From: an uncultured virus (IMG/VR IMGVR_UViG_3300030106_004658) | Lineage: Duplodnaviria; Heunggongvirae; Uroviricota; Caudoviricetes; Crassvirales | Virus record (IMG/VR): IMGVR_UViG_3300030106_004658 | DNA length: 64,000 bases | Reading direction: 5' to 3' (one strand) | In this document: positions 51,650 to 60,029 of the stretch, piece by piece | Numbering within the stretch: position 1 is the first letter of the stretch | Layout: each line of letters begins with the position of its first letter | Program-made: the position numbers and the translations under genes | The notes under the pieces: model-generated | Told to the model about the DNA's origin: nothing | Database searches by the model: none | The model's input: the letters and a program-made list of their open reading frames with translations, nothing else

Positions 51650-51723
51650 GGTTGAGTAGCTTAACTGGATAAAGCAACGCCCTTCTAAGGCGTAGAGTGT
51701 GAGTTCGAATCTCACCTCAATCA
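51650..51723 (+). tRNA. tRNA-Arg(UCU)
   Basis: Acceptor GGTTGAG/CTCAATC; anticodon arm ACGCC-CTTCTAA-GGCGT; T-arm GTGAG-TTCGAAT-CTCAC; CCA not encoded. Confidence 0.9.
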
Positions 51724-51754
51724 CAATATAAATACGAATAGTGTAAGATAATAT
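51723..51754 (+). promoter_or_regulatory. Early promoter-like motif, copy 5
   Basis: ACAATAT-AAATACGA-N8-AGATAATAT; ATG at 51759. Confidence 0.75.
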
Positions 51755-51758
51755 AATT

Positions 51759-51884
51759 ATGAAAATACGACGAAAAGATATAACTAGCAGAGATCCTTAT
51801 TGGAAATTAGCATCATTCAAGCGTGTTCATAAGAGTAAAAAGACTTACACTAGAAAGAAAAAACATAAAAATGAAAAGAATTAA
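51759..51884 (+). CDS. 41-aa basic protein (...FKRVHKSKKTYTRKKKHK...)
   Basis: Manual translation; immediately after a promoter copy. Confidence 0.6.
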   Translation: MKIRRKDITSRDPYWKLASFKRVHKSKKTYTRKKKHKNEKN

Positions 51885-52056
51885 TTACATAACAGTGTTA
51901 GATTTTGAAGTCGGTGAAGTATTTCAATATAAAATAGGTGACGATTGGTTACCTGATAACGAAGCTTTCGAAGATTTTATAGTGGAAAAAGGTCACAGTT
52001 TAAGCTGTTGTCAATGGATGTGTCATGAAAGTGATAGAATAATAAAAGATAATTAA
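51871..52056 (+). CDS. Hypothetical early protein
   Basis: Likely start MKRINY at 51871. Confidence 0.55.
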   Translation: MKRINYITVLDFEVGEVFQYKIGDDWLPDNEAFEDFIVEKGHSLSCCQWMCHESDRIIKDN

Positions 52057-52057
52057 G

Positions 52058-52660
52058 ATGAATAAAGTTAAAACAATGCAAGAAGCATACCGAGTATTTG
52101 AATTACTTGGTATCAAAGAGGTCACTAAACCGTGGCAAAAAAGACAAGGTACTGAAGTGTGGGAATTACCACAAAAAACTATGTACTATAATGGTCACGC
52201 AAGTATCAATAGATTCTCAATCTACAGAAGTGGATATGTTAGAAAAATGATAGTTTGGGGTGAAAACAACGCTAGTAAAAGTTGTTATCAACTAAATAGA
52301 ACTTGTAAATCTGACGAGTATTTCAAAGATTATGAGTGGAATGATGACTATACTAAGCAAAAATGGACGGGCAAATATCGTAAAAGCAACAGAACAAAGC
52401 GAATTATGATAGATACTCATCAAGAACGAGTGGTATATTTATGTAACTACATACTAAAAAACTACTATAGAAATAGTAAAATGAACTTAGTTGGTGAATA
52501 TACTATGAAAAGAGTATCAGAAGTACATGGTGAATGGTGGAGAAATCAAAGAAAAGATGACCAACTACCGTTTGTAGATAACGCAGTGAATAGAATATTA
52601 GAAAATAACATAGACGATATTCAAGTAATAATCAACGGACACCGTTATAATTTAAGTTAA
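52058..52660 (+). CDS. Hypothetical early protein
   Basis: 200-aa ORF. Confidence 0.65.
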   Translation: MNKVKTMQEAYRVFELLGIKEVTKPWQKRQGTEVWELPQKTMYYNGHASINRFSIYRSGYVRKMIVWGENNASKSCYQLNRTCKSDEYFKDYEWNDDYTKQKWTGKYRKSNRTKRIMIDTHQERVVYLCNYILKNYYRNSKMNLVGEYTMKRVSEVHGEWWRNQRKDDQLPFVDNAVNRILENNIDDIQVIINGHRYNLS

Positions 52661-52661
52661 A

Positions 52662-52889
52662 ATGATAGAAAAATTAAAAGATTTAGAACAAGAAGCGATG
52701 GATAATCTTGAACCAGAAGCGTATGATGCAATAGTATCTAATGTATTATGCCAAGAAGATCAAGAAATTTATCAAAGTGGTTACATAGATGGTTTGCAGA
52801 CCGCTATAAGACTGTTAAGTGAAGATGACTCATCTATGAGTTATACTGTAGAGATAGAAGATATATATGACGATGAAGAAGATCACTAA
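52662..52889 (+). CDS. Highly acidic early protein
   Basis: ORF track; D/E-rich. Confidence 0.55.
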   Translation: MIEKLKDLEQEAMDNLEPEAYDAIVSNVLCQEDQEIYQSGYIDGLQTAIRLLSEDDSSMSYTVEIEDIYDDEEDH

Positions 52890-53094
52890 AAAAGCAGTAA
52901 TAGTAATACTAGGAGTGTCTCTGTGGCACTCCATTGCTATAAATAATAAGTATAATAACGTTTCTAATGAACTAGAAATAGTTATGAAAAGTAATAATAA
53001 GTTAAAAATAGACTCATTATTACAAGAAATAATGGATATTGGGTGGAAAAACGACTCACTAACATTAAAATATGAGTATGGTTGGGAATTTTAA
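52867..53094 (+). CDS. Small membrane-anchored early protein
   Basis: Hydrophobic N-terminus. Confidence 0.5.
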   Translation: MTMKKITKKAVIVILGVSLWHSIAINNKYNNVSNELEIVMKSNNKLKIDSLLQEIMDIGWKNDSLTLKYEYGWEF

Positions 53095-53096
53095 TC

Positions 53097-53128
53097 ACAA
53101 ATTAAATACGATTACTCACAGATAATAT
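53097..53128 (+). promoter_or_regulatory. Early promoter-like motif, copy 6
   Basis: ACAAATT-AAATACGA-N8-AGATAATAT; ATG at 53133. Confidence 0.75.
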
Positions 53129-53132
53129 AAAT

Positions 53133-53342
53133 ATGAAATGTAAATGTAATAAAATAATACCAGAAGGCCGCCTGCGATTAGGCTTTAGAGTTTGTGTAGA
53201 TTGCTCGACTGTTTCGAAATACGGTTGTGCTCCAGTCATAAACCACAAGACGGGTAATACTATCCAGATAATGTCTAGTGAAGATGCAGCGAAAGTCGCT
53301 AAATTATTCCGCAGGAGAGGCTATGGTACAATGCTAAGATAA
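53133..53342 (+). CDS. DksA/TraR-like C4 zinc-finger protein
   Basis: CKC..IIPEGRL......CVDC. Confidence 0.65.
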   Translation: MKCKCNKIIPEGRLRLGFRVCVDCSTVSKYGCAPVINHKTGNTIQIMSSEDAAKVAKLFRRRGYGTMLR

Positions 53343-53343
53343 T

Positions 53344-53721
53344 ATGATAAAAGAAGAATTAACAAGAGAAATAGCTAAAATACAATTAGCTTTAGAATCT
53401 CACGAAGAACAAGTGAAAGATCTATCACATGATTTAAAAACTGCTAAGCAGAGATTAAAAGATGTTGATAAGCCAAAATTAACTAACAAGCAATTTACTC
53501 AAATACATGATGCTATTGAGAGTGCAATAGAAAACTTTGATTTTAGCAATTGCAACAACTATGAGCCAGAGTTTGAGATGGACTACGATGGAAAAGTTGG
53601 ATTAGCACACATAACTTTTGATGGTGCTGATGATTTAGCTAACGAAGTAATAGAAAGTGTTGAGAAGTTATTTGGCGTAACTGATGAAAGTGACGACGAC
53701 AACGAGTCGCCAAGCGAATAA
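53344..53721 (+). CDS. Coiled-coil, acidic early protein
   Basis: ORF track. Confidence 0.6.
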   Translation: MIKEELTREIAKIQLALESHEEQVKDLSHDLKTAKQRLKDVDKPKLTNKQFTQIHDAIESAIENFDFSNCNNYEPEFEMDYDGKVGLAHITFDGADDLANEVIESVEKLFGVTDESDDDNESPSE

Positions 53722-53733
53722 TCAGTTATAAAT

Positions 53734-54148
53734 GCGAGTCAAGGGCGCGTGAAAAATCGCTGCAGCTCGCTAAAATGCGGAGTAAGTTTCTAGAGCCCTC
53801 CGCAGATGTCTCCAGAGATAATAACCTTTACGTGGTTGGAGATATAAGTAAGAAGTGTTTAGATACAACTGAAACTAATAATTATCAAAACCCTGTATAG
53901 GGTGAGTATAAAGCGACAATTCACGAAAATGTGCACAGCTTTATATTCAAAATATGTGAACTAGGTGGTTCAATGTAGGATAAAGCGATTCGAGGTGATG
54001 GGAGCGAAATCTCCACGCTAAACATAAAACTAGAACCTTGATAGTACCACACCTACGGTTCACAACAGCTTGAAATGGACAAAACAGGGTGATACGCACC
54101 GCGTAATTTGCCTGACGAGGTGGGAGGTTCGATTCCTCCCCGAGCTGC
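53734..54148 (+). ncRNA. Candidate structured ncRNA region ending in a tRNA-like domain
   Basis: Long gap without a credible ORF, GC-richer, serial hairpins, terminal GGGAGG-TTCGATT-CCTCCC T-arm. Confidence 0.55.
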
Positions 54149-54152
54149 TAAC

Positions 54153-54184
54153 ACAAACTAAATACGAATAAAGTAAGATAATAT
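54153..54184 (+). promoter_or_regulatory. Early promoter-like motif, copy 7
   Basis: ACAAACT-AAATACGA-N8-AGATAATAT; ATG at 54189. Confidence 0.75.
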
Positions 54185-54188
54185 ATTT

Positions 54189-54422
54189 ATGAAGACAATA
54201 TATGATAGACTCAACCCAGATATTCTGGCGAGTATAAATGCAGATGAACAACAGTTTCCTTATACTACAAAAGCTCTTAAAGAAAAGCTTAAAAATAGTA
54301 TTGGTTGGGAAGAGTTGTCAATAAGTGATGTAAGATCAGTAGTAATACACTCTCATATTAAAATAACTGAAGTAAATGTTATGGATTTTATGTGGGGTGA
54401 TAGATTTTTAGTAGAATGTTAG
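54189..54422 (+). CDS. Hypothetical early protein
   Basis: ORF directly after a promoter copy. Confidence 0.6.
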   Translation: MKTIYDRLNPDILASINADEQQFPYTTKALKEKLKNSIGWEELSISDVRSVVIHSHIKITEVNVMDFMWGDRFLVEC

Positions 54423-54503
54423 AAATTCACGCGGTAATAATAGCTTATATAGTGTTTTATATAATAGCTACAGTAGAAATTAAACAGAAAAAAGATAAGT
54501 AAT

Positions 54504-54725
54504 ATGAGTAAAAGATTAAAAGATGGAGTGTATACGGCTTCTTTATCAAACGATAAAGTAAGGTATTTTGTACACGATGGATTAATAATAATGAGTAGTA
54601 AATATGGTAATTATAAAACCACTGAAAACTTTATGTTAGGTTCACAGTACAATGTGAATCCTGAGCCATTAAATGTTTCACCAGGTGAGTTTTTAAAAGC
54701 ATATAATAAATTAACATCGTGGTAA
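54504..54725 (+). CDS. Hypothetical early protein
   Basis: ORF track. Confidence 0.55.
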   Translation: MSKRLKDGVYTASLSNDKVRYFVHDGLIIMSSKYGNYKTTENFMLGSQYNVNPEPLNVSPGEFLKAYNKLTSW

Positions 54726-54726
54726 T

Positions 54727-55146
54727 ATGGCAACAAGAGCAACAGTGAGTATTGCTAGACGTGAAGAAGGAGTATCGTTTAGCGAAAAACCAAACAAGAC
54801 AATTGTGGACATCTATCATCACTATGATGGATATCCTGAAGGATTAGGTGTGACATTAGCATCTTATCTTGATGACAAGAAGATAACTAATGGACTAGGT
54901 AGTAGAGATGACCACGATTACTTCAATGGATTAGGTTGTTTAGCCGCATCGCTTGTGGCTGAACTAAAAGATGGTCCAGGAAATGTGTATATAGAAGATA
55001 AAGATCGACCACATGGCTGGTTAGATTATAAGTATTATGTGTGGGGTGATGACAATAAAGATATATGGATTAGTATATTTGATGGTGATGAGTGTATATT
55101 TGTTGGTAAACCACGTAAATTATTAAGTAAATATTACACAAACTAA
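54727..55146 (+). CDS. Conserved phage protein (YxHxDGYP type)
   Basis: MATRA...IYHHYDGYPEGLG motif. Confidence 0.65.
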   Translation: MATRATVSIARREEGVSFSEKPNKTIVDIYHHYDGYPEGLGVTLASYLDDKKITNGLGSRDDHDYFNGLGCLAASLVAELKDGPGNVYIEDKDRPHGWLDYKYYVWGDDNKDIWISIFDGDECIFVGKPRKLLSKYYTN

Positions 55147-55169
55147 ATACGATTACTTATGGATAATAT
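55138..55169 (+). promoter_or_regulatory. Early promoter-like motif, copy 8
   Basis: ACAAACT-AAATACGA-N8-GGATAATAT; overlaps a gene junction. Confidence 0.65.
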
Positions 55170-55437
55170 AAAAGACGAAAACTTAAAACGATTAGGTAAG
55201 TATATAGCAGAAGCTCTAATAGATCAAGCTCTAATGACAGAACGTGATGACTGGATAGAAACCAACATTAAAGACCATGCTATAGGCGAATTAGCACGAT
55301 GCATGACTCTTCAAAATCTATACTTAGATCGTGAAGAATACGAAAAATGCGCAATAATGAAGTTAAGAATACAAGATATAAAATCTATGCTAAAGATGGA
55401 CGATCTTAACATAAATTTAGAAGATGATGAAATATAA
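55159..55437 (+). CDS. Protein with UVR-like motif
   Basis: DREEYEKCAIMK. Confidence 0.55.
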   Translation: MDNIKDENLKRLGKYIAEALIDQALMTERDDWIETNIKDHAIGELARCMTLQNLYLDREEYEKCAIMKLRIQDIKSMLKMDDLNINLEDDEI

Positions 55438-56178
55438 ACCAATGTTAGCTTACCCAGTAAGCGCAAAACCAATAGACTATAGTAAACCAGTATTTATACA
55501 ACCAAAATTAGATGGTGTTAGATGCTTGATACAGTGTGACAATGGCCAGATAACCGCGTACTCACGTACAGGTAAAGTGTGGAAGAATATCGACCATATA
55601 CTTTTTAATCTCAAGCCGTTCTTTCACTGCAATCCAAATGTTGTACTCGACGGTGAGTTGTATAATCATGACTTTAAAGACGATTTCGAACAAATCATAT
55701 CTATGGTCAGAAAAACAAAACCAACAGACGAGGCACGTCTAGAATCAGCTAAAAATGTACAATTTCATTGTTATGATATTGTAAATAAAAAGATGAAGTT
55801 TAGCACACGTGACAAATGGTTGTTAGACAACTTAGTAGAAAGCTACTGTATAAAACGTGTTGAGACTCAAATAGTATCTTCCGAAAGATCAGCTAAAAAT
55901 TGCCACGATGCAAATCTTANNNNNNNNNNAACATTGTTGGTTATGAAGAGGGTAAAGGCAAAAGAACCGGCACGCTAGGTAAGTTTATAATGCAAGATGA
56001 TGATGGAAATCAATTCGGTTGTCCACCAGGTAAAGGTCATAATTATAAAGATCTTGCAAGAATGCTTATCGAAATCCATAAATATATGGGTCAGCGTGCT
56101 ACCTTTACATATTTTGAAAGAACTAAAGCAGGAAGTTATAGGCACCCACTGTTTAAATGTATAAGAGATTATGAATAA
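55424..56178 (+). CDS. ATP-dependent DNA ligase, interrupted by the assembly gap at 55920-55929
   Basis: PMLA, QPKLDGVRC and LDGELY motifs; after the gap an OB-fold part (GYEEGKGK...TFTYFERT..GSYRHP). Confidence 0.85.
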
Positions 56179-56287
56179 AAGATTAATAATAAGAATAAAA
56201 GAATATAATGCTAAACAAAAGGATTATAATTCAGTGTTTAATTTAAATAATTCTAAAAGAATTATTATAGGAAACCTAAAACCAAAC

Positions 56288-56334
56288 TGTGACAAAAGCC
56301 TTAAATAACTATATAATAATAAGCTAATGTCACA
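56288..56334. repeat. Inverted-repeat element B (TGTGACA...AGCTAATGTCACA)
   Basis: Same architecture as 49759-49809; 11 bp upstream of the HTH gene. Confidence 0.65.
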
Positions 56335-56345
56335 AATTAAACCAT

Positions 56346-56966
56346 ATGGATAGAAGATTTAAATATTTATGGGACAGACAAGTTGTCTATAGAAGAGATC
56401 CTATAACTGATAAACCTGATGAAGAAACAGATGTATACATGTTTTATAAAGATGGAACTTATCAGTGTTATGATTTATTTAGAAGTAAAGCAAAGATCAC
56501 AACATGGAAATCATTTTATTGGCATATGATGGTACTTTGGCACTTAAATCCAGAGTGGAAACATGAAGACGCTATGACAGTAGCCACTTATCTAGCCTAT
56601 AAGCCAAACGGCTTTACTACATTTAATATGAACAAGTGGAATATAGCTAGACTAATAAGAGATGTTTCAGCACTAGATTTAGAAGTACCACCACAAAATA
56701 AGCTTAGAAAGATTATATTTAAACCTAGTTGTGGATTAGATAAAATAGATAAACTTAAAATAGTAGGTAAATTAATAGGTAGATTAAGAGGTGTGCAAAA
56801 AGAAGATCTTTATGAAACTATGTTATTAATAAACGATAGCGATCAAAAGATAACTATATCTAAACTAGCTGATAGCTTAGGTGTAACACCAAGAACAATA
56901 CATCGCCACATGTGTGATGAGTTAAAACAAGTTAAAGAAGAATTAAATGAAGAGATTAATATATGA
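56346..56966 (+). CDS. C-terminal HTH DNA-binding protein, possible replication initiator
   Basis: ITISKLADSLGVTPRTIHRH. Confidence 0.65.
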   Translation: MDRRFKYLWDRQVVYRRDPITDKPDEETDVYMFYKDGTYQCYDLFRSKAKITTWKSFYWHMMVLWHLNPEWKHEDAMTVATYLAYKPNGFTTFNMNKWNIARLIRDVSALDLEVPPQNKLRKIIFKPSCGLDKIDKLKIVGKLIGRLRGVQKEDLYETMLLINDSDQKITISKLADSLGVTPRTIHRHMCDELKQVKEELNEEINI

Positions 56967-57055
56967 CCTGTATTATGCTGACAAAATAACACAGGATGTG
57001 GCTATAAAGCTATTAGATAAATGGAGTGAAAATTATAATAAAAGAAAATATTAAT

Positions 57056-57415
57056 ATGACTAGAATAAACGTAGGAATACCGCCTCATGAGCTAACAGAT
57101 AAACATTTATTAGCTGAACACAGAGAAATAAAACGTATACCAAATTGTATAGCCAAAGGTAAATACAATATGGATAATATACCAAAGAGATTTAAATTAG
57201 GTAAAGGACATGTTAAGTTCTTTTACGATAAGCTAGAATATCTTTTCACTAGATACTGTAAGTTATACCTTGAATGCAAAAGAAGAGGTTTTAATGTACA
57301 GAACTATTCTAAAGCATGGGATAACTTACCAGATGAATTGTTAAATTACTATGAACCTACTTTAGAAGATAGATTAATAGTACAAGAAAGAATTAATGAA
57401 AAATTAAACAAATGA
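57056..57415 (+). CDS. denV: Pyrimidine-dimer DNA glycosylase (T4 endonuclease V family)
   Basis: MTRIN...LTDKHLLAEHREIKRI...LGKGHVKFFY. Confidence 0.9.
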   Translation: MTRINVGIPPHELTDKHLLAEHREIKRIPNCIAKGKYNMDNIPKRFKLGKGHVKFFYDKLEYLFTRYCKLYLECKRRGFNVQNYSKAWDNLPDELLNYYEPTLEDRLIVQERINEKLNK

Positions 57416-58167
57416 AAAAATATCACGTACAAAATTATGTAAGATGGAAACACGATATGGCTGACTCTTTAAAAACAGTTCCAAATTTTGATTACCACGA
57501 ATTAAGTAGAGATCAGTTAATAGTAAAATTTTTACCTTTAGTAGAAAGTTTAGCTAGAAAATTTTCAACAGCTCAACAGGCTAGTGGAGTTATGAGCATA
57601 ATGGATATAATCCAAGAAGGTAACTATGGTTTATGTGCAGGAGTAGACAGAATAGACTGGGATACCATATTGCAAGCTGAAGATCAAGGCAAAAGATTAA
57701 AATCTTTTTTATCAAAAAGAATTAAAGGAGCAATAAGAAGAGGTATTGACTCTAATAGAGGTAGTATGAGAATACCGGAGCATAAATTAAATGAAATACG
57801 AAAAGACTTTGGTGAAGACCGTAGAGCTGTAGAGTTATTTTTTAATTCGGTGTTTACTAGCTTAGACGACGGAACACCTGAGCAGAGAAACGCAGCATAT
57901 AATATACCTGATATTAAAAGCTATAACAAAGAAATACTTTTAGCTTATTTAAAGAGCTTAATGATGCAACACTTGAACCACAAAGAGTATCAAGTTTTGA
58001 GATTGTCTTATGGACTTGACTGTGAAAAGCATTCAGCAAAACAAATAGCTGAAATATTAGGTATAAAAGGTACTAGCTCTTACGTACGAATATCGCAGCT
58101 AAAAAAGCAGGCAATTGATAAACTTATTGAGAAAGTTCCACACTCGCAAGTGGTTGACTATCTGTAA
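57412..58167 (+). CDS. Phage sigma-70-family factor
   Basis: Region 2 (LPLVESLARKF...DIIQEGNYGL) and region 4 (VLRLSYGL...QIAEILG...RISQLKKQAIDKL). Confidence 0.85.
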   Translation: MKKYHVQNYVRWKHDMADSLKTVPNFDYHELSRDQLIVKFLPLVESLARKFSTAQQASGVMSIMDIIQEGNYGLCAGVDRIDWDTILQAEDQGKRLKSFLSKRIKGAIRRGIDSNRGSMRIPEHKLNEIRKDFGEDRRAVELFFNSVFTSLDDGTPEQRNAAYNIPDIKSYNKEILLAYLKSLMMQHLNHKEYQVLRLSYGLDCEKHSAKQIAEILGIKGTSSYVRISQLKKQAIDKLIEKVPHSQVVDYL

Positions 58168-58229
58168 GTTACTCGTGTAAATAACATAATTAATGTGTAA
58201 TTATATATATAGACCAAAACCAATAAACC

Positions 58230-58805
58230 ATGAAGAATTTAAATAAAAAATTAGCAGTTATACAAACTGANNNNNNNNNNACTGAATTAAAAGCAAAAAA
58301 ATCTTCGTATAATTCTTTCGGGAAGTATTATTTCCGAAAGGCCGAAGATATACTCGAGGCAGTAAAGCCTTTCTTACTTAGAGAAGGTGTGTCGGTAAGA
58401 GTCGATGAAGAATTGATTCACGATGCACCACCTACAATTAAATCAACAGCCACCATTTCTGATGGCGAAAATTCAATCACAGCTACAGCAATAGTCGGTG
58501 TAGACCTTAATCAAAAAGGTATGCAAACGGCTCAACAATTTGGAGCAGCTTCATCTTACGGGAAAAAGTATGCGTTAGGCAACTTATTTCTAATTGATGA
58601 TACAGCTGATGCTGACTCGACTAATAGTCATGGGAAAGCTAGCCAAATTGTAAACAAACATGTTAAAGCTTCTATAATGACTGAAGATCAACTAAAGAAA
58701 GCTGTTGAATTTGTAAAAGGAGGAGGAGCTATTACTGCTATCGAGTCTAAATATACCGTTACACCTGAACAAATGAAAGCATTAAAAAACGGAGTTAATG
58801 GATAA
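58230..58805 (+). CDS. erf: ERF-family ssDNA-annealing protein
   Basis: YYFRKAEDILEAVKP; AQQFGAASSYGKKYALGNLFLIDD; N-gap at 58271-58280. Confidence 0.85.
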   Translation: MKNLNKKLAVIQTXXXXTELKAKKSSYNSFGKYYFRKAEDILEAVKPFLLREGVSVRVDEELIHDAPPTIKSTATISDGENSITATAIVGVDLNQKGMQTAQQFGAASSYGKKYALGNLFLIDDTADADSTNSHGKASQIVNKHVKASIMTEDQLKKAVEFVKGGGAITAIESKYTVTPEQMKALKNGVNG

Positions 58806-59529
58806 AAAAATAATTGAAAAATTAAGACAGGACGAACATTACTATGGAGACTATGGCAAACAGTTCTTAAGTAATTCAGATATATCTATATTACTTAAAA
58901 ATCCTAGATTATTAAGAGAAGATAAACCGAAGACATCAGCAATGGTGATAGGAGGCTATTTTCACACTGCAATATTAGAACCTGATAAACTTGAAAGTTT
59001 TAAGATTATCAAATCTAGCACTAGGAATACTAAGCAATATAAAGAGATGTCTGGAGGAGAGATTTGTTTGCTTCAACACGAGGTTGATAAAATAGAATTA
59101 ATGAGAGAGGCTGTTATGGATAACAAGATATGTAGGGAACTTATAGATGGTCTTGGTACCGTCGAATATGAGATACCTGGAGTTACTAAAATACATGGGA
59201 ATATGTGGAAAGGTAAAGCAGATATTGTTAACCATGATGAAAGACTTATAATAGATCTTAAAACAACTAGTGATATTGATAGGTTTAGATGGTCTGCTTC
59301 TAAGTTTAACTATGATAGTCAAGCTTATATCTATAGCAACCTATTTGGTTATGAGATGTTGTTTATGGTAATAGACAAAGAAACACTCCAAATAGGTTTG
59401 TTCGACTGTTCTCCAGATTTTTATTCTTCTGGAGAGGACAAAGTGCGTAAAGCTACTGACGCGTACGAGCTGTTTTATAAGACAGATGATTTTGACAGTA
59501 AGCAATATTTAATAACTAAAACCTTATAA
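58798..59529 (+). CDS. PD-(D/E)XK exonuclease (RecE/ExoVIII-like)
   Basis: G..FHTAILEP, KGKAD, IIDLKTT and YDSQAYIY motifs. Confidence 0.85.
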   Translation: MDKKIIEKLRQDEHYYGDYGKQFLSNSDISILLKNPRLLREDKPKTSAMVIGGYFHTAILEPDKLESFKIIKSSTRNTKQYKEMSGGEICLLQHEVDKIELMREAVMDNKICRELIDGLGTVEYEIPGVTKIHGNMWKGKADIVNHDERLIIDLKTTSDIDRFRWSASKFNYDSQAYIYSNLFGYEMLFMVIDKETLQIGLFDCSPDFYSSGEDKVRKATDAYELFYKTDDFDSKQYLITKTL

Positions 59530-59532
59530 ACC

Positions 59533-59721
59533 ATGAGATATAAGATGAAAACCTGTGCAATATCAGGTAAGAGATTTAAAGCAACGAAAGATAATTTTTA
59601 TTTCAATGCTAGCTCTCCAGATAAATTGCACCCTTATCATAAAAAATATGATAATTTTAGAAGAGTTACAGGCGCTTCTGTAGATAAAGTAAAAGAATTA
59701 GTTAACTTAATAAATGGATAA
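59533..59721 (+). CDS. Hypothetical protein
   Basis: ORF track. Confidence 0.55.
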   Translation: MRYKMKTCAISGKRFKATKDNFYFNASSPDKLHPYHKKYDNFRRVTGASVDKVKELVNLING

Positions 59722-59723
59722 AT

Positions 59724-60029
59724 ATGGCAAGTATAATAAAAACTTCTATAAATCTTTCTGAAATACCGAAAGATAAAATATTCGTAGGTAAGAAAGGTAA
59801 GTACCTACCAATAACAATAACGCTGAATGATGAGGTTGATCAGTTTGGTAACCAAGGACCAGTAGTTGTTGAGCAGACCAAGGAGGAAAGAGAGTCTAAG
59901 CAGGCTAAAACTTACTTAGGTAATGCTAAAGTAATTTGGACAAATGGAGAAAATGTTGCTCCAGCTCCAAGAGATAACCAACCCGCGGCTGAACCAGCAG
60001 CTGTTAAACCTGAAGATCTACCATTTTAA
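59724..60029 (+). CDS. Putative ssDNA-binding protein
   Basis: C-terminal EDLPF tail; between recombination and primase genes. Confidence 0.65.
   Translation: MASIIKTSINLSEIPKDKIFVGKKGKYLPITITLNDEVDQFGNQGPVVVEQTKEERESKQAKTYLGNAKVIWTNGENVAPAPRDNQPAAEPAAVKPEDLPF

Noticed and set aside
54066..54148. Hammerhead ribozyme (CTGACGA followed by a stem)
   Set aside because: The required GAAA after stem II is absent (CGAGC instead); the hairpin fits a T-arm better
53762..54148. Canonical tmRNA
   Set aside because: No G3-U70 alanine identity in either possible acceptor stem and no recognisable tag peptide; kept only as an unassigned ncRNA candidate
49378..55169. The repeated motif as a CRISPR array
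   Set aside because: Spacing is irregular (74 bp to over 1 kb), genes lie between copies, the middle 8 bp vary, and no cas genes are present
55900..55978. Frameshifted or split ligase
   Set aside because: The break coincides with an N-gap and is an assembly artefact; gaps also occur at 48051-48060 and 58271-58280
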